Origin: a virus
Length of the DNA stretch: 40,973 nt
Strand: one strand, 5' to 3'
UHGV virus genome: UHGV-0256613
A model generated the notes under the pieces. The model was not told the DNA's origin. It was given only the letters and a program-made list of their open reading frames with translations, and did not search any database. The number at the start of each line of letters is the position of its first letter. Within the stretch, counting starts at the first letter, position 1. The position numbers were made by a program, and so were the translations under genes. Below, piece after piece: positions 27,333-37,152 of the stretch.

Positions 27333-27895
27333 TGTGCGATCCGGTTATTGCTGGTGGCGCAATGCTCGCCATGAGTGGCATTCAGGCATACACCCAGTAC
27401 CAACAGGGAAGGTATGCCTCGAAGGTTGCAGAAGCGAACGCAGATATAGCCACAGCTCAGGCAAATGATGCAATAAACAGGGGTAACGCTGAAGCTGAGC
27501 AACGGCGCAGAGAGACCCGACAGCGGCTTGGTACACAGGCGGCGACAATGGGGGCTACCGGTGCGGAATTAAGTAGCGGAACAGCTCTTGACGTTTTTGC
27601 GGATAATGCTCAGTTCGGCACTCTTGATGCGTTAACGACAGTGAATAATGCTCAGCGTGAGGCATATGGGTATCAGGTTCAGGGAATGAATGCTCAGGCA
27701 CAGGGGGCTGCTGCTCAGTCGGCTGCTAAATCATCGATGACCAGCACTTTGTTAACGGCACCACTAAAAGCATACGGTGCATATAAGTTGGGTAGCGGAA
27801 GTATCAATCCGATTAGTAAGCAAGGAAACACGCCAATGTTATCTAACTCAGGTTTTATGAATTCTGACTCCCGATTCAAAATAGGAGGTTACTGA
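27332..27895 (+). CDS. internal virion protein (gp14 position)
   Basis: 187 aa; hydrophobic N-terminus, Ala/Gln-rich. Confidence 0.55.
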   Translation: MCDPVIAGGAMLAMSGIQAYTQYQQGRYASKVAEANADIATAQANDAINRGNAEAEQRRRETRQRLGTQAATMGATGAELSSGTALDVFADNAQFGTLDALTTVNNAQREAYGYQVQGMNAQAQGAAAQSAAKSSMTSTLLTAPLKAYGAYKLGSGSINPISKQGNTPMLSNSGFMNSDSRFKIGGY

Positions 27896-30612
27896 TGCCT
27901 GTTGTTCCTACTACATCCGGACGTCAGGTTGAGAGTCGTGGTGTGCAAACCGGTGGTTTTCAGACCTTCGATGTTCCTCAAGCAGGTCAGGTGCTGGCGA
28001 ATGTCGCAGATCAGTATGCGGTGGCATATGGTGAAGCCAGGCAGAAAGCGAATGTTGCATTGTCTCAGGATGCCATCCTTCAGCTTAATCAGCGCAGCAA
28101 TGAACGTCTTTATAACCCTCAAACCGGTTTTTATGCACAACAAGGCAAAAATGCGATTGGTAAGGGGCAAGAGTACATATCTGGATTTGATCAGGATGTG
28201 GAAGAAATAGCTGCTTCATTGACTGATGAAGCAGCAAGAAATATGTTTTTGCAACAAGCCAGAACACAGAAAATTCAGTTCAGTACTGGAGTTCTCAGAC
28301 ATGAGATAGGGCAGACAAATGCCTATGAAGATGAGCAATATCAGGCAACGAGAAAATTATGGATACAAAATGAAGCGGATGCCTGGAATGACCCGCAAAC
28401 TGCCACTTTAGCCAGAAATTCCAGAATGGTAGCCATTGCCAGATATGGAGCAGCCAGGGGATGGTCACAAGAACGCATTCTGGAAGAAATAGAAAGTGAT
28501 GATCGCAGTGCCACAGAAATGCGGGCGAAGAATTATGCCGCTGCTAATCCGGAAGGATGGTTAAATGGTCAGTTTCAGAAAAATGATTCTGGAGGCATGG
28601 ACATGCGTGCCATACGCCTTGTTGAATCAGGTGATCGTCATTTTAATCCTGATGGTAGTATTCTTGAAGGACCGAAAACATCTTCTGGAGAGAGGGCCCA
28701 GGGGAAATACCAGTTAATGCCGGGCACAGGGAAAGAACTGGCGGCCAAACGTGGCGTTGAATACAACCCTACGGACGAACAACAGCATGAAATGCTTGCC
28801 AGTGACTATGTAAATCAACTGTATGGTAAGTACGGCTCCGAAATATTGGCCGGAGCAGCATATAACTGGGGGATGGGTAACGTGGATAAACTGATCGCCA
28901 AAGTCGGTGATCCACGTAAAGGTGAAATATCAGAAGAAGAATTTATCCGAAATCTTCCATCAGAAACACAAGGGTGGCTTTCCCGATATAGAAAAAATAA
29001 AACTGGAATGGATCCGCTGACTATTTATCAAATAGATAACCTTGCTAATAGTCAGATAGAAAAGCAAAGGAAGTTAATATTAGAACAGCTTGAGCCAGCT
29101 ATTAATAACACCATGGCCCAGCTATATAACGGTGAGGTTCCAGATTATATACCGGCTCAGGAGACCATCATCAGGGGGTATGGAAAAAACGCAGATAAAA
29201 TAATCAATCAACTGGATATAGCGATTGATAACGCGAGAATATTCCAGGCAATTCAGTATTTGCCTCCTTCTCAGCAGCAAGAAGAAATGCAGAAAGTGAA
29301 GCCTGAGGTTAACGATCCTCACTATGCGTTAAAACTCGATGCTTACGGAAAATTGTCTGCATTGCTTCAGAGATCAAATGAAGCAATTCAGGCGCAACGG
29401 GATTCACGCAGATTCAATGAGGCGCTGACAATAGGTGAAAAATTAGACCCAAGCAACAAGTCAATGCAGAAAGCTGCTGATTACACAGAAATGGCGCAGA
29501 ACTTTCGTATTAATGATGTCTCCACTCATGATGGGGTTGTTCGGCTTGTGGCTCAGACTGGCATAATGCCTTCGCAGGTCATCACGCAGCTTTCAGCAGT
29601 ATCCCGATCCAGCAATCAGGAAGTGGTTAAAAATGCGGCGGAACTGTTTAGTCGGTTATATGAAACAGACAATGCATCTATTGGAAATATGCCGAAGGAT
29701 ATGCAGGGTTTTTATCTGACTGTTAAGCAACTAACTGATTCTGGCATGTCTGCTGATGTGGCTATCGAGCAGGCGCAGAACCTTACGTACAACCAGACCG
29801 ATGCTCTTAAAGCTCAATTGGCATCAACGCAGAGTTCAAAAGAGTACAAAAATGATCGCAGCAAGGCGATGAATTCTGCTGTCAGCAATATGGCGCAGTG
29901 GTTCCGTTGGGATCCGTCTGCGGATGACCAGACGCCGGAAGCAGCTAGATTCCGTAATGACTATCAGACGATGTATGACATTAACTACCGCGTTGCTGGT
30001 GGTAACGCTGACGTAGCGAAGCAAATGACCAACCAGCAGATAGCCCGCACTTGGAGTATCAGCGAGGTTAACGGAGAAGCGCAGTTTATGAAATATGCAC
30101 CGGAGGCGCTTTATCAATATGGGCCGTCAGGCTGGCAGGCGGCGCAGTGGAAAGCTGAAAAAGAACGGCTGATGTACGGTGAGCGCAAAGAGATTATAAC
30201 AACCAGTCCGACGTTGCTTGGGATCACGTCAGGTAATGCTCCTGTAGTTGAGACAAAAACCCCTGAGAGTCGTATTAATGGAGAATTATTCATAACCCCT
30301 GACGTGTTAACACCCCGTAATGGTGATTACGCCATTATGGTAAGAACTAAGGATGAAAATGGCATCGATCGGGTCCAGCCGTTTTATAACAAACATGGGC
30401 GTCCTATGCGTTGGGAACCATCACTAGAAGATTGGGAACCTTATAAGAAAATGCAGCAGGAACGGGAGCAGTACGAGCAGGAAGAAATTATGCGTGGACA
30501 GGCTATACGAAACTTCAAAGACAAGCATCGCGCTCTGGATGAGCAGTATCAGCGCCTGCATAACGAACGTATGGACAAATTTAAAGATTACTTTTCGTGG
30601 GGATCTAAATAA
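27895..30612 (+). CDS. internal virion/ejection protein with lytic-transglycosylase-like motifs
   Basis: 905 aa; segment VESGDRHF...GKYQLMPGTGKEL...AAYNWGMGNV resembles SLT-domain motifs. Confidence 0.7.
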   Translation: MPVVPTTSGRQVESRGVQTGGFQTFDVPQAGQVLANVADQYAVAYGEARQKANVALSQDAILQLNQRSNERLYNPQTGFYAQQGKNAIGKGQEYISGFDQDVEEIAASLTDEAARNMFLQQARTQKIQFSTGVLRHEIGQTNAYEDEQYQATRKLWIQNEADAWNDPQTATLARNSRMVAIARYGAARGWSQERILEEIESDDRSATEMRAKNYAAANPEGWLNGQFQKNDSGGMDMRAIRLVESGDRHFNPDGSILEGPKTSSGERAQGKYQLMPGTGKELAAKRGVEYNPTDEQQHEMLASDYVNQLYGKYGSEILAGAAYNWGMGNVDKLIAKVGDPRKGEISEEEFIRNLPSETQGWLSRYRKNKTGMDPLTIYQIDNLANSQIEKQRKLILEQLEPAINNTMAQLYNGEVPDYIPAQETIIRGYGKNADKIINQLDIAIDNARIFQAIQYLPPSQQQEEMQKVKPEVNDPHYALKLDAYGKLSALLQRSNEAIQAQRDSRRFNEALTIGEKLDPSNKSMQKAADYTEMAQNFRINDVSTHDGVVRLVAQTGIMPSQVITQLSAVSRSSNQEVVKNAAELFSRLYETDNASIGNMPKDMQGFYLTVKQLTDSGMSADVAIEQAQNLTYNQTDALKAQLASTQSSKEYKNDRSKAMNSAVSNMAQWFRWDPSADDQTPEAARFRNDYQTMYDINYRVAGGNADVAKQMTNQQIARTWSISEVNGEAQFMKYAPEALYQYGPSGWQAAQWKAEKERLMYGERKEIITTSPTLLGITSGNAPVVETKTPESRINGELFITPDVLTPRNGDYAIMVRTKDENGIDRVQPFYNKHGRPMRWEPSLEDWEPYKKMQQEREQYEQEEIMRGQAIRNFKDKHRALDEQYQRLHNERMDKFKDYFSWGSK

Positions 30613-33600
30613 TGCCAGTTTATGCACAAGCTGAAGATCTTAATAACGGACTGATCCCGTCAGGTAATGTTTTGCCGGAACAAACTGGGTTTGATGTTGC
30701 CCTTCCGGAAGGGGCTAATCCTGAGCCATTGCCACCTGAGCCTTCCGTATGGGGGGCTGCAATGCGACAGAACAATATTCTGTCTGGTTTTTTCCGCCCA
30801 GCCAGACAGTTTGAACCGGTCGAGGGTTATAACCCATATGCTGATAAAAATGAGTTGCACGGTTATGAATACTGGGGGGCGAAATTTGCAGATTCCCGAT
30901 CGCCAGAGGAAACGGCGTGGATTAAGCAGCAGATAGATGATGAAAATGAAGACAGACGTTTATTGTCTGATGCTGGCGTAGTTGGAACCCTTGCCAGTAT
31001 TGCTGCGGGAATGGATCCGGTTACTGTTGCGTCAATGTTTATTCCCGGTGCTCAAGGAGGGGCACTGGCGCGTATTGGCTCACAGATTGCGATTGGTGCT
31101 GCCGGTACAGCATTAAGCGAGGTTGTACTGAATAATCAGCAAATAACACGCTCATGGGGTGAAAGTGCCGCTCACGTTGCAGCGGGTGCGATGATGAGCG
31201 GCGTGTTTGCCAGTGCTGGTGTTGCGCTTTCGCCATCCGTCCGGGCTGCAGCCACACGTGAGGTTGCTGATGCTCTTGATAATATGAGCATTACATCAGT
31301 GACTGACAGGGCTGCCGCTTCGCTTTCCGATGGTGGTAGTGTTGGTGCTATGAAAATTGATACAGCGACTCTGGATGATTTAACCCCTGTTTCCGGTGGG
31401 TGGGTTGGAAAGGCTGCATGGAAAGCAGGGAGCTATCTTACTCCTTTGACAAGGTTAATGGAGTCTCCGTCCAAGACGGTGCGAAAAACAACGCTGGAGT
31501 TAGCCGAAAATAATTTCACCCTTAAAGGAAATGAAAGGGGGATTGAAACACCGGTAGCTGTAGAAACCCGTACACGTGGATGGCAGCGTGAAGAAGCTGC
31601 TGTTGTTGTCGGAAATAAACAGGCATACGCAAAGTATAAAGCTGATGGTGGTGACATGAGTTTTGATTCATTTCGTCAGCAGGTTGGGAATGCTATGCGA
31701 AGCGGTGATGTGCATGCTAATCCTGTTGTTCAGGAAACGGCGCAGGCGATGCGAACTGTATTAAATCGGGTGAAAGTTGAAATGCAAAAGCTTGGTTTAT
31801 TGCCGCCAGATGAAGAACTGAAAGCATTAGGCCAGGCAAGCTATTTCCCACGCATATATAAAGTTGGAAAAATAATCAGTGAACGCGATAAATTTCGACG
31901 TATTTTGGTTGACTGGTGGTCGAGAGGAAATAAAACACTGGATCCTGAGGATGCTGAAATTGCAGCGGATATCGTAATTAATAAAATTACTGGTGCTAAG
32001 GTTCCACAGGATTTTGTCAGCGTATTTTCTGTAAAAGCCGCAGGTAGTACGAAAGAAAGAACATTAAATGTTCCTGATAGTCTTATCAGGGATTATCTTG
32101 AAAGTGATGTGAATTACGTGCTGCAACGTCATATCCGTGAAGCGGCAGCAGAAATTGAGTTGACGAGAACATTTGGCAAACGAACTATGACTGAGCGTCT
32201 GCAATTAATTGAGGACGAATATGACAGTCTGTTACGGGAAGTGCCTGAAAAAATAAAGGCGAAATATGACGAAAGTGTGGCAAATCTGAAAGCACGTTAT
32301 GAGAGCAATGGTGAAGTTGTTCCTCAGGGTAAACTCGATTCATTAATGCGAAAGTACGAAAAGGAATTACGGAAAGAACAGTCCAGACTTTCAAAATCAA
32401 GAGCAAATGATCTCAGAGACATAACAGCATTACGCGATCGTCTTGTTGGTACATATGGGATGCCTGATGATCCGTCTTCGTTTTTTGTTCGTGCTGGCGC
32501 TTTTCTGCGGGATGTGAACTTCACGACCAAACTCGGTGGAATGACAGTATCAGCTATTCCAGATCTGGCCAGAGGGGTTATGGTTAATGGTTTCCGTAAC
32601 ACCATGAAAGGCTATGCTTCTCAGATATCCCAATCACCGGCATTTAAGGCCAGCAAAGAAGATATGTTGAAGATGGGGATTGGATTGGAAGCTGTACTAC
32701 ATTCACGTTCTCGTGCAATTGGTGATCTTGTTGACAGTTCTTCCAGGACAACAGCAGTCGAAGCAGGAATGGAGCGAATTACTGATGCCTTCGGCAAGCT
32801 GACACTCATGGATCGATTTAATGACATAAACAAATCCATGAACGGAATGCTCACGTCAGACGGTATTTTGTCCGGTGCGTTTTCTGCACGTCGCATGGCA
32901 AAACTCGGTATCAACGACAATATGGCTGCGCGTATTCGCAGTGAGTTCGAGAAACATGGTGAGGTAATTGATGGATGGCACATTGGTAACTTTGATAAAT
33001 GGGACGATCAGTACGTTGCCGGAGTATTCCAGTCAGCGGTTCTGAAAGACGTTAATAACACTATCATCACCCCCGGTATTGGTGACACACCTTTATGGGC
33101 GAGTACTCCAATGGGGCGAACGATATTTCAGTTTAAATCATTCACAACGGCTTCATACAACCGTGCGCTACTTGGTGGGTTACAGGAAGGAACTGCGCAA
33201 TTTTATTATGGCACTGCATTTCAGATTGCTCTTGGCTCACTGGTCTATGCGCTAAAAGAAGCATCGAAAGGGAAAAATGTTGACTGGTCACCAGAGAAGC
33301 TGGTGCTTGAGGGTATAGATAGATCCGGTATTCTTGGGCCATTGATGGAATATAACAACATGGCTGAAAAGGCTACTGGTGGTGCTGTTGGGCTGGGGGC
33401 TTTATTTGGCACTGGCACACAGTCTAGGTATGCCAGTCGTGGATTCGTAGGATCTCTATTCGGACCGTCATTTGGTCTTGCGGATAGCATCATTGATGTG
33501 ACCGCAGGAGTGTTGAATGGTGATGCCGGTGATCGTATTGCGCATAATGTCCGAACCCTGATACCAGGCAATAACCTGTTCTGGATTGCGCCACTAATAA

Positions 33601-33626
33601 ACCAGGTGGATCCGGTGATGCGGTGA
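30612..33626 (+). CDS. internal virion/ejection protein (large core protein)
   Basis: 1004 aa; ATGA-coupled; last gene of the core block. Confidence 0.7.
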   Translation: MPVYAQAEDLNNGLIPSGNVLPEQTGFDVALPEGANPEPLPPEPSVWGAAMRQNNILSGFFRPARQFEPVEGYNPYADKNELHGYEYWGAKFADSRSPEETAWIKQQIDDENEDRRLLSDAGVVGTLASIAAGMDPVTVASMFIPGAQGGALARIGSQIAIGAAGTALSEVVLNNQQITRSWGESAAHVAAGAMMSGVFASAGVALSPSVRAAATREVADALDNMSITSVTDRAAASLSDGGSVGAMKIDTATLDDLTPVSGGWVGKAAWKAGSYLTPLTRLMESPSKTVRKTTLELAENNFTLKGNERGIETPVAVETRTRGWQREEAAVVVGNKQAYAKYKADGGDMSFDSFRQQVGNAMRSGDVHANPVVQETAQAMRTVLNRVKVEMQKLGLLPPDEELKALGQASYFPRIYKVGKIISERDKFRRILVDWWSRGNKTLDPEDAEIAADIVINKITGAKVPQDFVSVFSVKAAGSTKERTLNVPDSLIRDYLESDVNYVLQRHIREAAAEIELTRTFGKRTMTERLQLIEDEYDSLLREVPEKIKAKYDESVANLKARYESNGEVVPQGKLDSLMRKYEKELRKEQSRLSKSRANDLRDITALRDRLVGTYGMPDDPSSFFVRAGAFLRDVNFTTKLGGMTVSAIPDLARGVMVNGFRNTMKGYASQISQSPAFKASKEDMLKMGIGLEAVLHSRSRAIGDLVDSSSRTTAVEAGMERITDAFGKLTLMDRFNDINKSMNGMLTSDGILSGAFSARRMAKLGINDNMAARIRSEFEKHGEVIDGWHIGNFDKWDDQYVAGVFQSAVLKDVNNTIITPGIGDTPLWASTPMGRTIFQFKSFTTASYNRALLGGLQEGTAQFYYGTAFQIALGSLVYALKEASKGKNVDWSPEKLVLEGIDRSGILGPLMEYNNMAEKATGGAVGLGALFGTGTQSRYASRGFVGSLFGPSFGLADSIIDVTAGVLNGDAGDRIAHNVRTLIPGNNLFWIAPLINQVDPVMR

Positions 33627-33637
33627 GTTAAACGCCT

Positions 33638-34249
33638 TTAGCATGATTCAGGGGAAACCCCAATATTAAATATGAGTGACTCCCCTGAATCAGCATAATA
33701 ATGTAATATTATTGACTTACGTTGTTTTCTTGCTTCGTAGAATAAACGCTCCTGCGGCGATAATTTGTGAAAACTGCCGGATGCACAATATATGTTTTTT
33801 AACTTTTCGCTGGTTGCTTTTATTGTATCTTCTGAGATGTATTTTAGGTATTTATCCGTATAGATGTTGCTACTATAAGAAATTAATGTTTTGCTGTTGT
33901 TGTGATGTGTTGTATTTTTATCGTTGAAGTCTGTATTTTTATTTACTGTCATTAGGTTTTTAATGATTACATGTAATACAATAGTCTCCCCATCATCAAT
34001 TCCATATTTGATGTCATAGTCAGTATATTTATTTGTTATACCGCTTCCTGATAGCGGCACTATGTACTCTGAGAAAAATGAGTTTGCCGCGTGACCATCA
34101 AGAGCAATAGCATTTTTTTTGTGGTAAAAATAAAACAATATTGAGAGAGTCAAAATAATAGCGACGCCTAATGCAACCTTTAATATAGATATGGTTTTCA
34201 AAATATCGCTCCTTGTTGTAACATACATCAGTAATGTGGCGTTTTTCAA
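33638..34249 (-). CDS. membrane-anchored protein (moron), unknown function; probable TTG start at 34201
   Basis: AT-rich; AAGGAG SD 6 nt before TTG at 34201 giving MKTISILKVALGVAIILTLSILFYFYHKK...; Asn/Tyr/Lys-rich body; 3' end overlaps a 12-bp-arm inverted repeat. Confidence 0.6.
   Translation of the reverse strand: MKNATLLMYVTTRSDILKTISILKVALGVAIILTLSILFYFYHKKNAIALDGHAANSFFSEYIVPLSGSGITNKYTDYDIKYGIDDGETIVLHVIIKNLMTVNKNTDFNDKNTTHHNNSKTLISYSSNIYTDKYLKYISEDTIKATSEKLKNIYCASGSFHKLSPQERLFYEARKQRKSIILHYYADSGESLIFNIGVSPESC
33644..33692. repeat. 12-bp perfect inverted repeat (TGATTCAGGGGA ... TCCCCTGAATCA) with 25-nt spacer
   Basis: Lies between convergent genes (core protein stop 33626; moron stop 33638). 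Confidence 0.6.
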
Positions 34250-34291
34250 TTGTATTAAAGACGTGTAATATGTACACGCCTTTTGTTCTTC

Positions 34292-34723
34292 CTATTCAGG
34301 TATTTCAATTCCAAAACCATCTGCATCCCATGAGTTTTCACAGATGATGTAACCTAGTTCATTGAGCTTATTAAATGTTTTTTCAAAGATGATCTGGTAA
34401 TCATTATCTGCAAGTGATTCCAGTTCAAGGTCATTAAGGTTTATATAAAAACTTGTATGTCCAAGTGTTATTTTCTTATTAATTTCATTAAAGGTTCTTT
34501 TGAAAATAATATTTGATATTTCATGCCGTGCATTGTTTGCAATAATTTTTGCTTCATAAGCAGAAATTACGTCATCTTCATGAATATCTTTCAGAAAGCT
34601 GGTGTCAAGACGTTGTACTATTTCAGCGTTCATTGATCGCTTATTGGCTTTTGCAGAAATTTCTATTTTTTCTTTTACTTCAACGGGAAGTCTGATCCTT
34701 AGTTGTGGATCTTCTCTGCTCAT
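34292..34723 (-). CDS. Mnt-like ribbon-helix-helix repressor with C-terminal extension
   Basis: N-terminus DPQLRIRLPVEVKEKIEISAKANKRSMNAEIVQRLDTSF matches the Arc/Mnt RHH pattern; divergent from the arc-ant operon as in P22 immI. ORF track extends to 34753 (TTG). Confidence 0.65.
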   Translation of the reverse strand: MSREDPQLRIRLPVEVKEKIEISAKANKRSMNAEIVQRLDTSFLKDIHEDDVISAYEAKIIANNARHEISNIIFKRTFNEINKKITLGHTSFYINLNDLELESLADNDYQIIFEKTFNKLNELGYIICENSWDADGFGIEIPE

Positions 34724-34814
34724 GTTCTTCACCAAATATTGAGTTACTTGCAATGATTGAAGTATGCCTCACCGTGTGCTTGACATCAATGACGCACGGT
34801 GTGACAATTGTTTT

Positions 34815-34829
34815 GCCCCACCGTGGGGC
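34815..34829. promoter_or_regulatory. Mnt-operator-like palindrome overlapping the arc/ant promoter
   Basis: GCCCCAC-c-GTGGGGC, 15-29 nt upstream of the arc ATG; core CCACCGTGG resembles P22 Omnt core CCACGGTGG (recalled). Confidence 0.5.
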
Positions 34830-34843
34830 TAAGGAGATATGAA

Positions 34844-35011
34844 ATGCAAAAAGCAAAAGAGATGTGTCAACGACGAGTTCGTTTTCCGGACGATGTGAAG
34901 TTAGCTATTGAAAGAAATGGCGAAAAAGAATGCCGAAAGTTCAATACAGAGATTATCTATCAGCTGAGGAAAGTGTATGGACTCACTGGTGAGAAGAATA
35001 GCGTGGCATAA
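34844..35011 (+). CDS. arc: Arc-like ribbon-helix-helix repressor
   Basis: 55 aa from ATG with AAGGAG SD; RVRFPDDVKLAIERNGEKECRKFNTEIIYQL parallels Arc. ORF track starts at TTG 34808. Confidence 0.7.
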   Translation: MQKAKEMCQRRVRFPDDVKLAIERNGEKECRKFNTEIIYQLRKVYGLTGEKNSVA

Positions 35012-35083
35012 AACAGCGAAGCCCAACGGTGGCCAGACCGTCAGGGCTTCAGTATCGTAAAACTACGTATAGGAATTAACGAC

Positions 35084-36022
35084 ATGACGAGTATAGCAAC
35101 AGCGGTATCTACTATCAACGTGCCATTCCACGGCGCAGAGCTTTATGTTGTCAATCACAACGGTGAACCGTATACCCCAATGAAACCTATCGTTGAGGGA
35201 ATGGGGCTAGACTGGAAATCTCAACATAAGAAGATTTCTCAACGCTTCTCGAAGGGTATGGTGGAAATCACCATACCTTCTGCCGGTGGGGTGCAAGCCA
35301 TGATTTGTATGGCTTTACGAAAATTGGCAGCTTGGTTGAACAGCATCAGTCCAAACAAAGTACGCCCTGAAATCCGCGACAAGGTAATCCAGTATCAGGA
35401 AGAGTGTGACGATGTGCTCTACGATTACTGGACTAAAGGCCATGTAGTTAACCCACGCAAAGCTAAAAAGGCGTTGCCGGGTAAAATCACCACTGAACAG
35501 CAGGAAGCCATTAAACAACTCGTCATGAGTCGCGGTCAGTCTCTGCCAAAAGAAAAACAGGCTAAGGCGATGATCACCATGTGGTCGTCACTGAAATCTC
35601 ATTTTGGCTGTTCGTACAAAGAAATTGATGAAGATCAATTCGCCGAAGCGTTGTCTCTTGTTGCTCGGGTTCCGCTTGAAGGGGAGTATCTCCCTGCTGG
35701 ATCTGCATCAGAGAATGATGAAGTGGCAGTCAAGATGTTAGATGCGCTTCGTGAGGCAATTAAAACACAGACAAAATGTTATGGTTATCCGCTGAAGCCC
35801 GGCTACCGCAGTTTGATTCACTCGCCGTCTGGTGTTCTCGGCCTGACGGAGAACTCACTGCTGATGAATCTGCTGAACCAGTTACAGGAAGACGGGCACG
35901 ACGTATCGGGTGCGGCGGCGGAACTGACCACCATGTTCTGCTACATCGTCGGTGTGAGTAAATGCCTGCGTGATATCCAGACCCACGCGGAGTACATCAA
36001 CGACAAGGCAGGGTTCTTCTGA
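35084..36022 (+). CDS. ant: antirepressor Ant (AntA-type N-terminal domain, shared C-terminal domain)
   Basis: 312 aa; N-terminus ...MKPIVEGMGLDWKSQHKKIS...; C-terminal ~85 aa nearly identical to the C-terminus of the 37274-37966 protein. Confidence 0.8.
   Translation: MTSIATAVSTINVPFHGAELYVVNHNGEPYTPMKPIVEGMGLDWKSQHKKISQRFSKGMVEITIPSAGGVQAMICMALRKLAAWLNSISPNKVRPEIRDKVIQYQEECDDVLYDYWTKGHVVNPRKAKKALPGKITTEQQEAIKQLVMSRGQSLPKEKQAKAMITMWSSLKSHFGCSYKEIDEDQFAEALSLVARVPLEGEYLPAGSASENDEVAVKMLDALREAIKTQTKCYGYPLKPGYRSLIHSPSGVLGLTENSLLMNLLNQLQEDGHDVSGAAAELTTMFCYIVGVSKCLRDIQTHAEYINDKAGFF
35780..36022. repeat. left arm of ~245-bp inverted repeat (antirepressor C-terminal coding region)
   Basis: Reverse complement is near-identical by eye to 37274-37520 (a handful of mismatches). 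Confidence 0.8.
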
Positions 36023-36073
36023 CAGAACGGCGGCACAGGGATGTGCAAAACGGAACTATCGTGACATGTCACA

Positions 36074-36097
36074 GGCCGCTTTCGCGGCCTTGTTTTT
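36074..36097 (+). terminator. rho-independent terminator after ant (preceded by GTGACATGTCAC palindrome at 36061-36072)
   Basis: GGCCGC-tttc-GCGGCC followed by TTGTTTTT; identical hairpin recurs at 39327-39350. Confidence 0.6.
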
Positions 36098-36257
36098 AAC
36101 GAATGCCACCGCCACCCGGGCGGGAATCCGCAGAACGCCCACCGCAGCGGGAGCCGTCAGCAGCAGTGTCGCTGTCGTGCTGACAACGACCGGCAAAGGC
36201 CTGAGTTGAAGCTACCAGAGACAACAAAACGAACAGTGCAGCAAATGCTTTTTTCAT
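36096..36257 (-). CDS. possible small secreted peptide
   Basis: MKKAFAALFVLLSLVASTQAFAGRCQHDSDTAADGSRC...; clear signal-peptide-like N-terminus but weak SD and GC-rich; uncertain. Confidence 0.3.
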   Translation of the reverse strand: MKKAFAALFVLLSLVASTQAFAGRCQHDSDTAADGSRCGGRSADSRPGGGGIR

Positions 36258-36328
36258 TGTGAAATTTCCATCTATAAGCCACCTCAATGTGGCGTCAATG
36301 AGTGTAGCACTGACTTTTGTTTCGTCCA

Positions 36329-36350
36329 CAAAAAAGCCCGCAGCGCGGGC
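36329..36350 (-). terminator. rho-independent terminator (minus strand)
   Basis: On minus strand GCCCGC-gcu-GCGGGC followed by TTTTTT, directly after the stop of the 36351-36899 gene. Confidence 0.55.
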
Positions 36351-36899
36351 TTACTTTTCTTCAGGTTTGTTGTCTTCAGATTTCTTCTTGATGCTTGGTT
36401 TTTGTCTAAGAACGAAAATACCAGCCACTGCAACAACTGTACCGATCACTGTGCCAGCTAGAACTTCATGACCTGTTAAACCTAATAATGTTGCACAAGC
36501 TACTGTAAAAATAGTTGCACTCAGGCCAAACCACTGCCCACGTTTATCTCTATTAATAGCCCCGTCAAGTGCCTTTTCCTCCATTTTCTGGCGGTGAGCA
36601 AACTCCTTCTCCGTCAGCTGGAAGATGCGTTCGGGGGCATCAGGTAAAATATCCTGATACCCGCGAAGCAGATAGGGGGGAGGAAGCGGACCCTGAAACG
36701 CATGGTGAGCGACAACTATCTCCTGAATTTCAGGGCGATCAAGAACTCTTGTGAAGGCATCTGGGTGTTGAATGATCTCGTTACTTAGCCCTTCCTCAAC
36801 TTCCTCGAACTCAGTTTCTTCGTTATCACTTGGTTGCCCAATAGATTTTTGCATATTTGTCGAAGGACATTCCTTTAGCTTCTGGTTTTCCTCTTGCAT
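36351..36899 (-). CDS. membrane protein (acidic N-terminus, two C-terminal TM helices)
   Basis: 182 aa; C-terminal WFGLSATIFTVACATLLGLTGHEVLAGTVIGTVVAVAGIFVL; start uncertain (internal Met at residue 16). Confidence 0.6.
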   Translation of the reverse strand: MQEENQKLKECPSTNMQKSIGQPSDNEETEFEEVEEGLSNEIIQHPDAFTRVLDRPEIQEIVVAHHAFQGPLPPPYLLRGYQDILPDAPERIFQLTEKEFAHRQKMEEKALDGAINRDKRGQWFGLSATIFTVACATLLGLTGHEVLAGTVIGTVVAVAGIFVLRQKPSIKKKSEDNKPEEK

Positions 36900-37152
36900 T
36901 TGAGTTTTTCCCTGTCACTATTGCCCATTTTCCGCCAGCAGGCGCTGCAATTTTTTTTCCGTTCTTTACTATATATTCAGCATAAACACGATTTTCTGAC
37001 CGTCTGAGATCGTCTCCGACCATATTCATGTCTCTTGATATAACTTTGACGACAGAGTCTCGGTTTAAAGCCTTGGCATAGTTGGAGCCAGGAACGATAC
37101 CCAAAGGGGTGCCAGACTCTATAGCCAGCTCCTTGACATATCTTCTGCTCAT
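36826..37152 (-). CDS. hypothetical protein
   Basis: 108 aa from ATG at 37152 with GAGGT SD; overlaps the next gene's 5' end. ORF track extends to 37167. Confidence 0.45.
   Translation of the reverse strand: MSRRYVKELAIESGTPLGIVPGSNYAKALNRDSVVKVISRDMNMVGDDLRRSENRVYAEYIVKNGKKIAAPAGGKWAIVTGKNSNARGKPEAKGMSFDKYAKIYWATK

Noticed and set aside
35011-35084. Hairpin GAAGCCC...GGGCTTC with internal ACGGT..ACCGT dyad between arc and ant (possible Arc operator or sar-like antisense RNA)
   Set aside because: Position fits P22 immI, but no downstream U-tract and no clear promoter on either strand; evidence too thin to call a feature.
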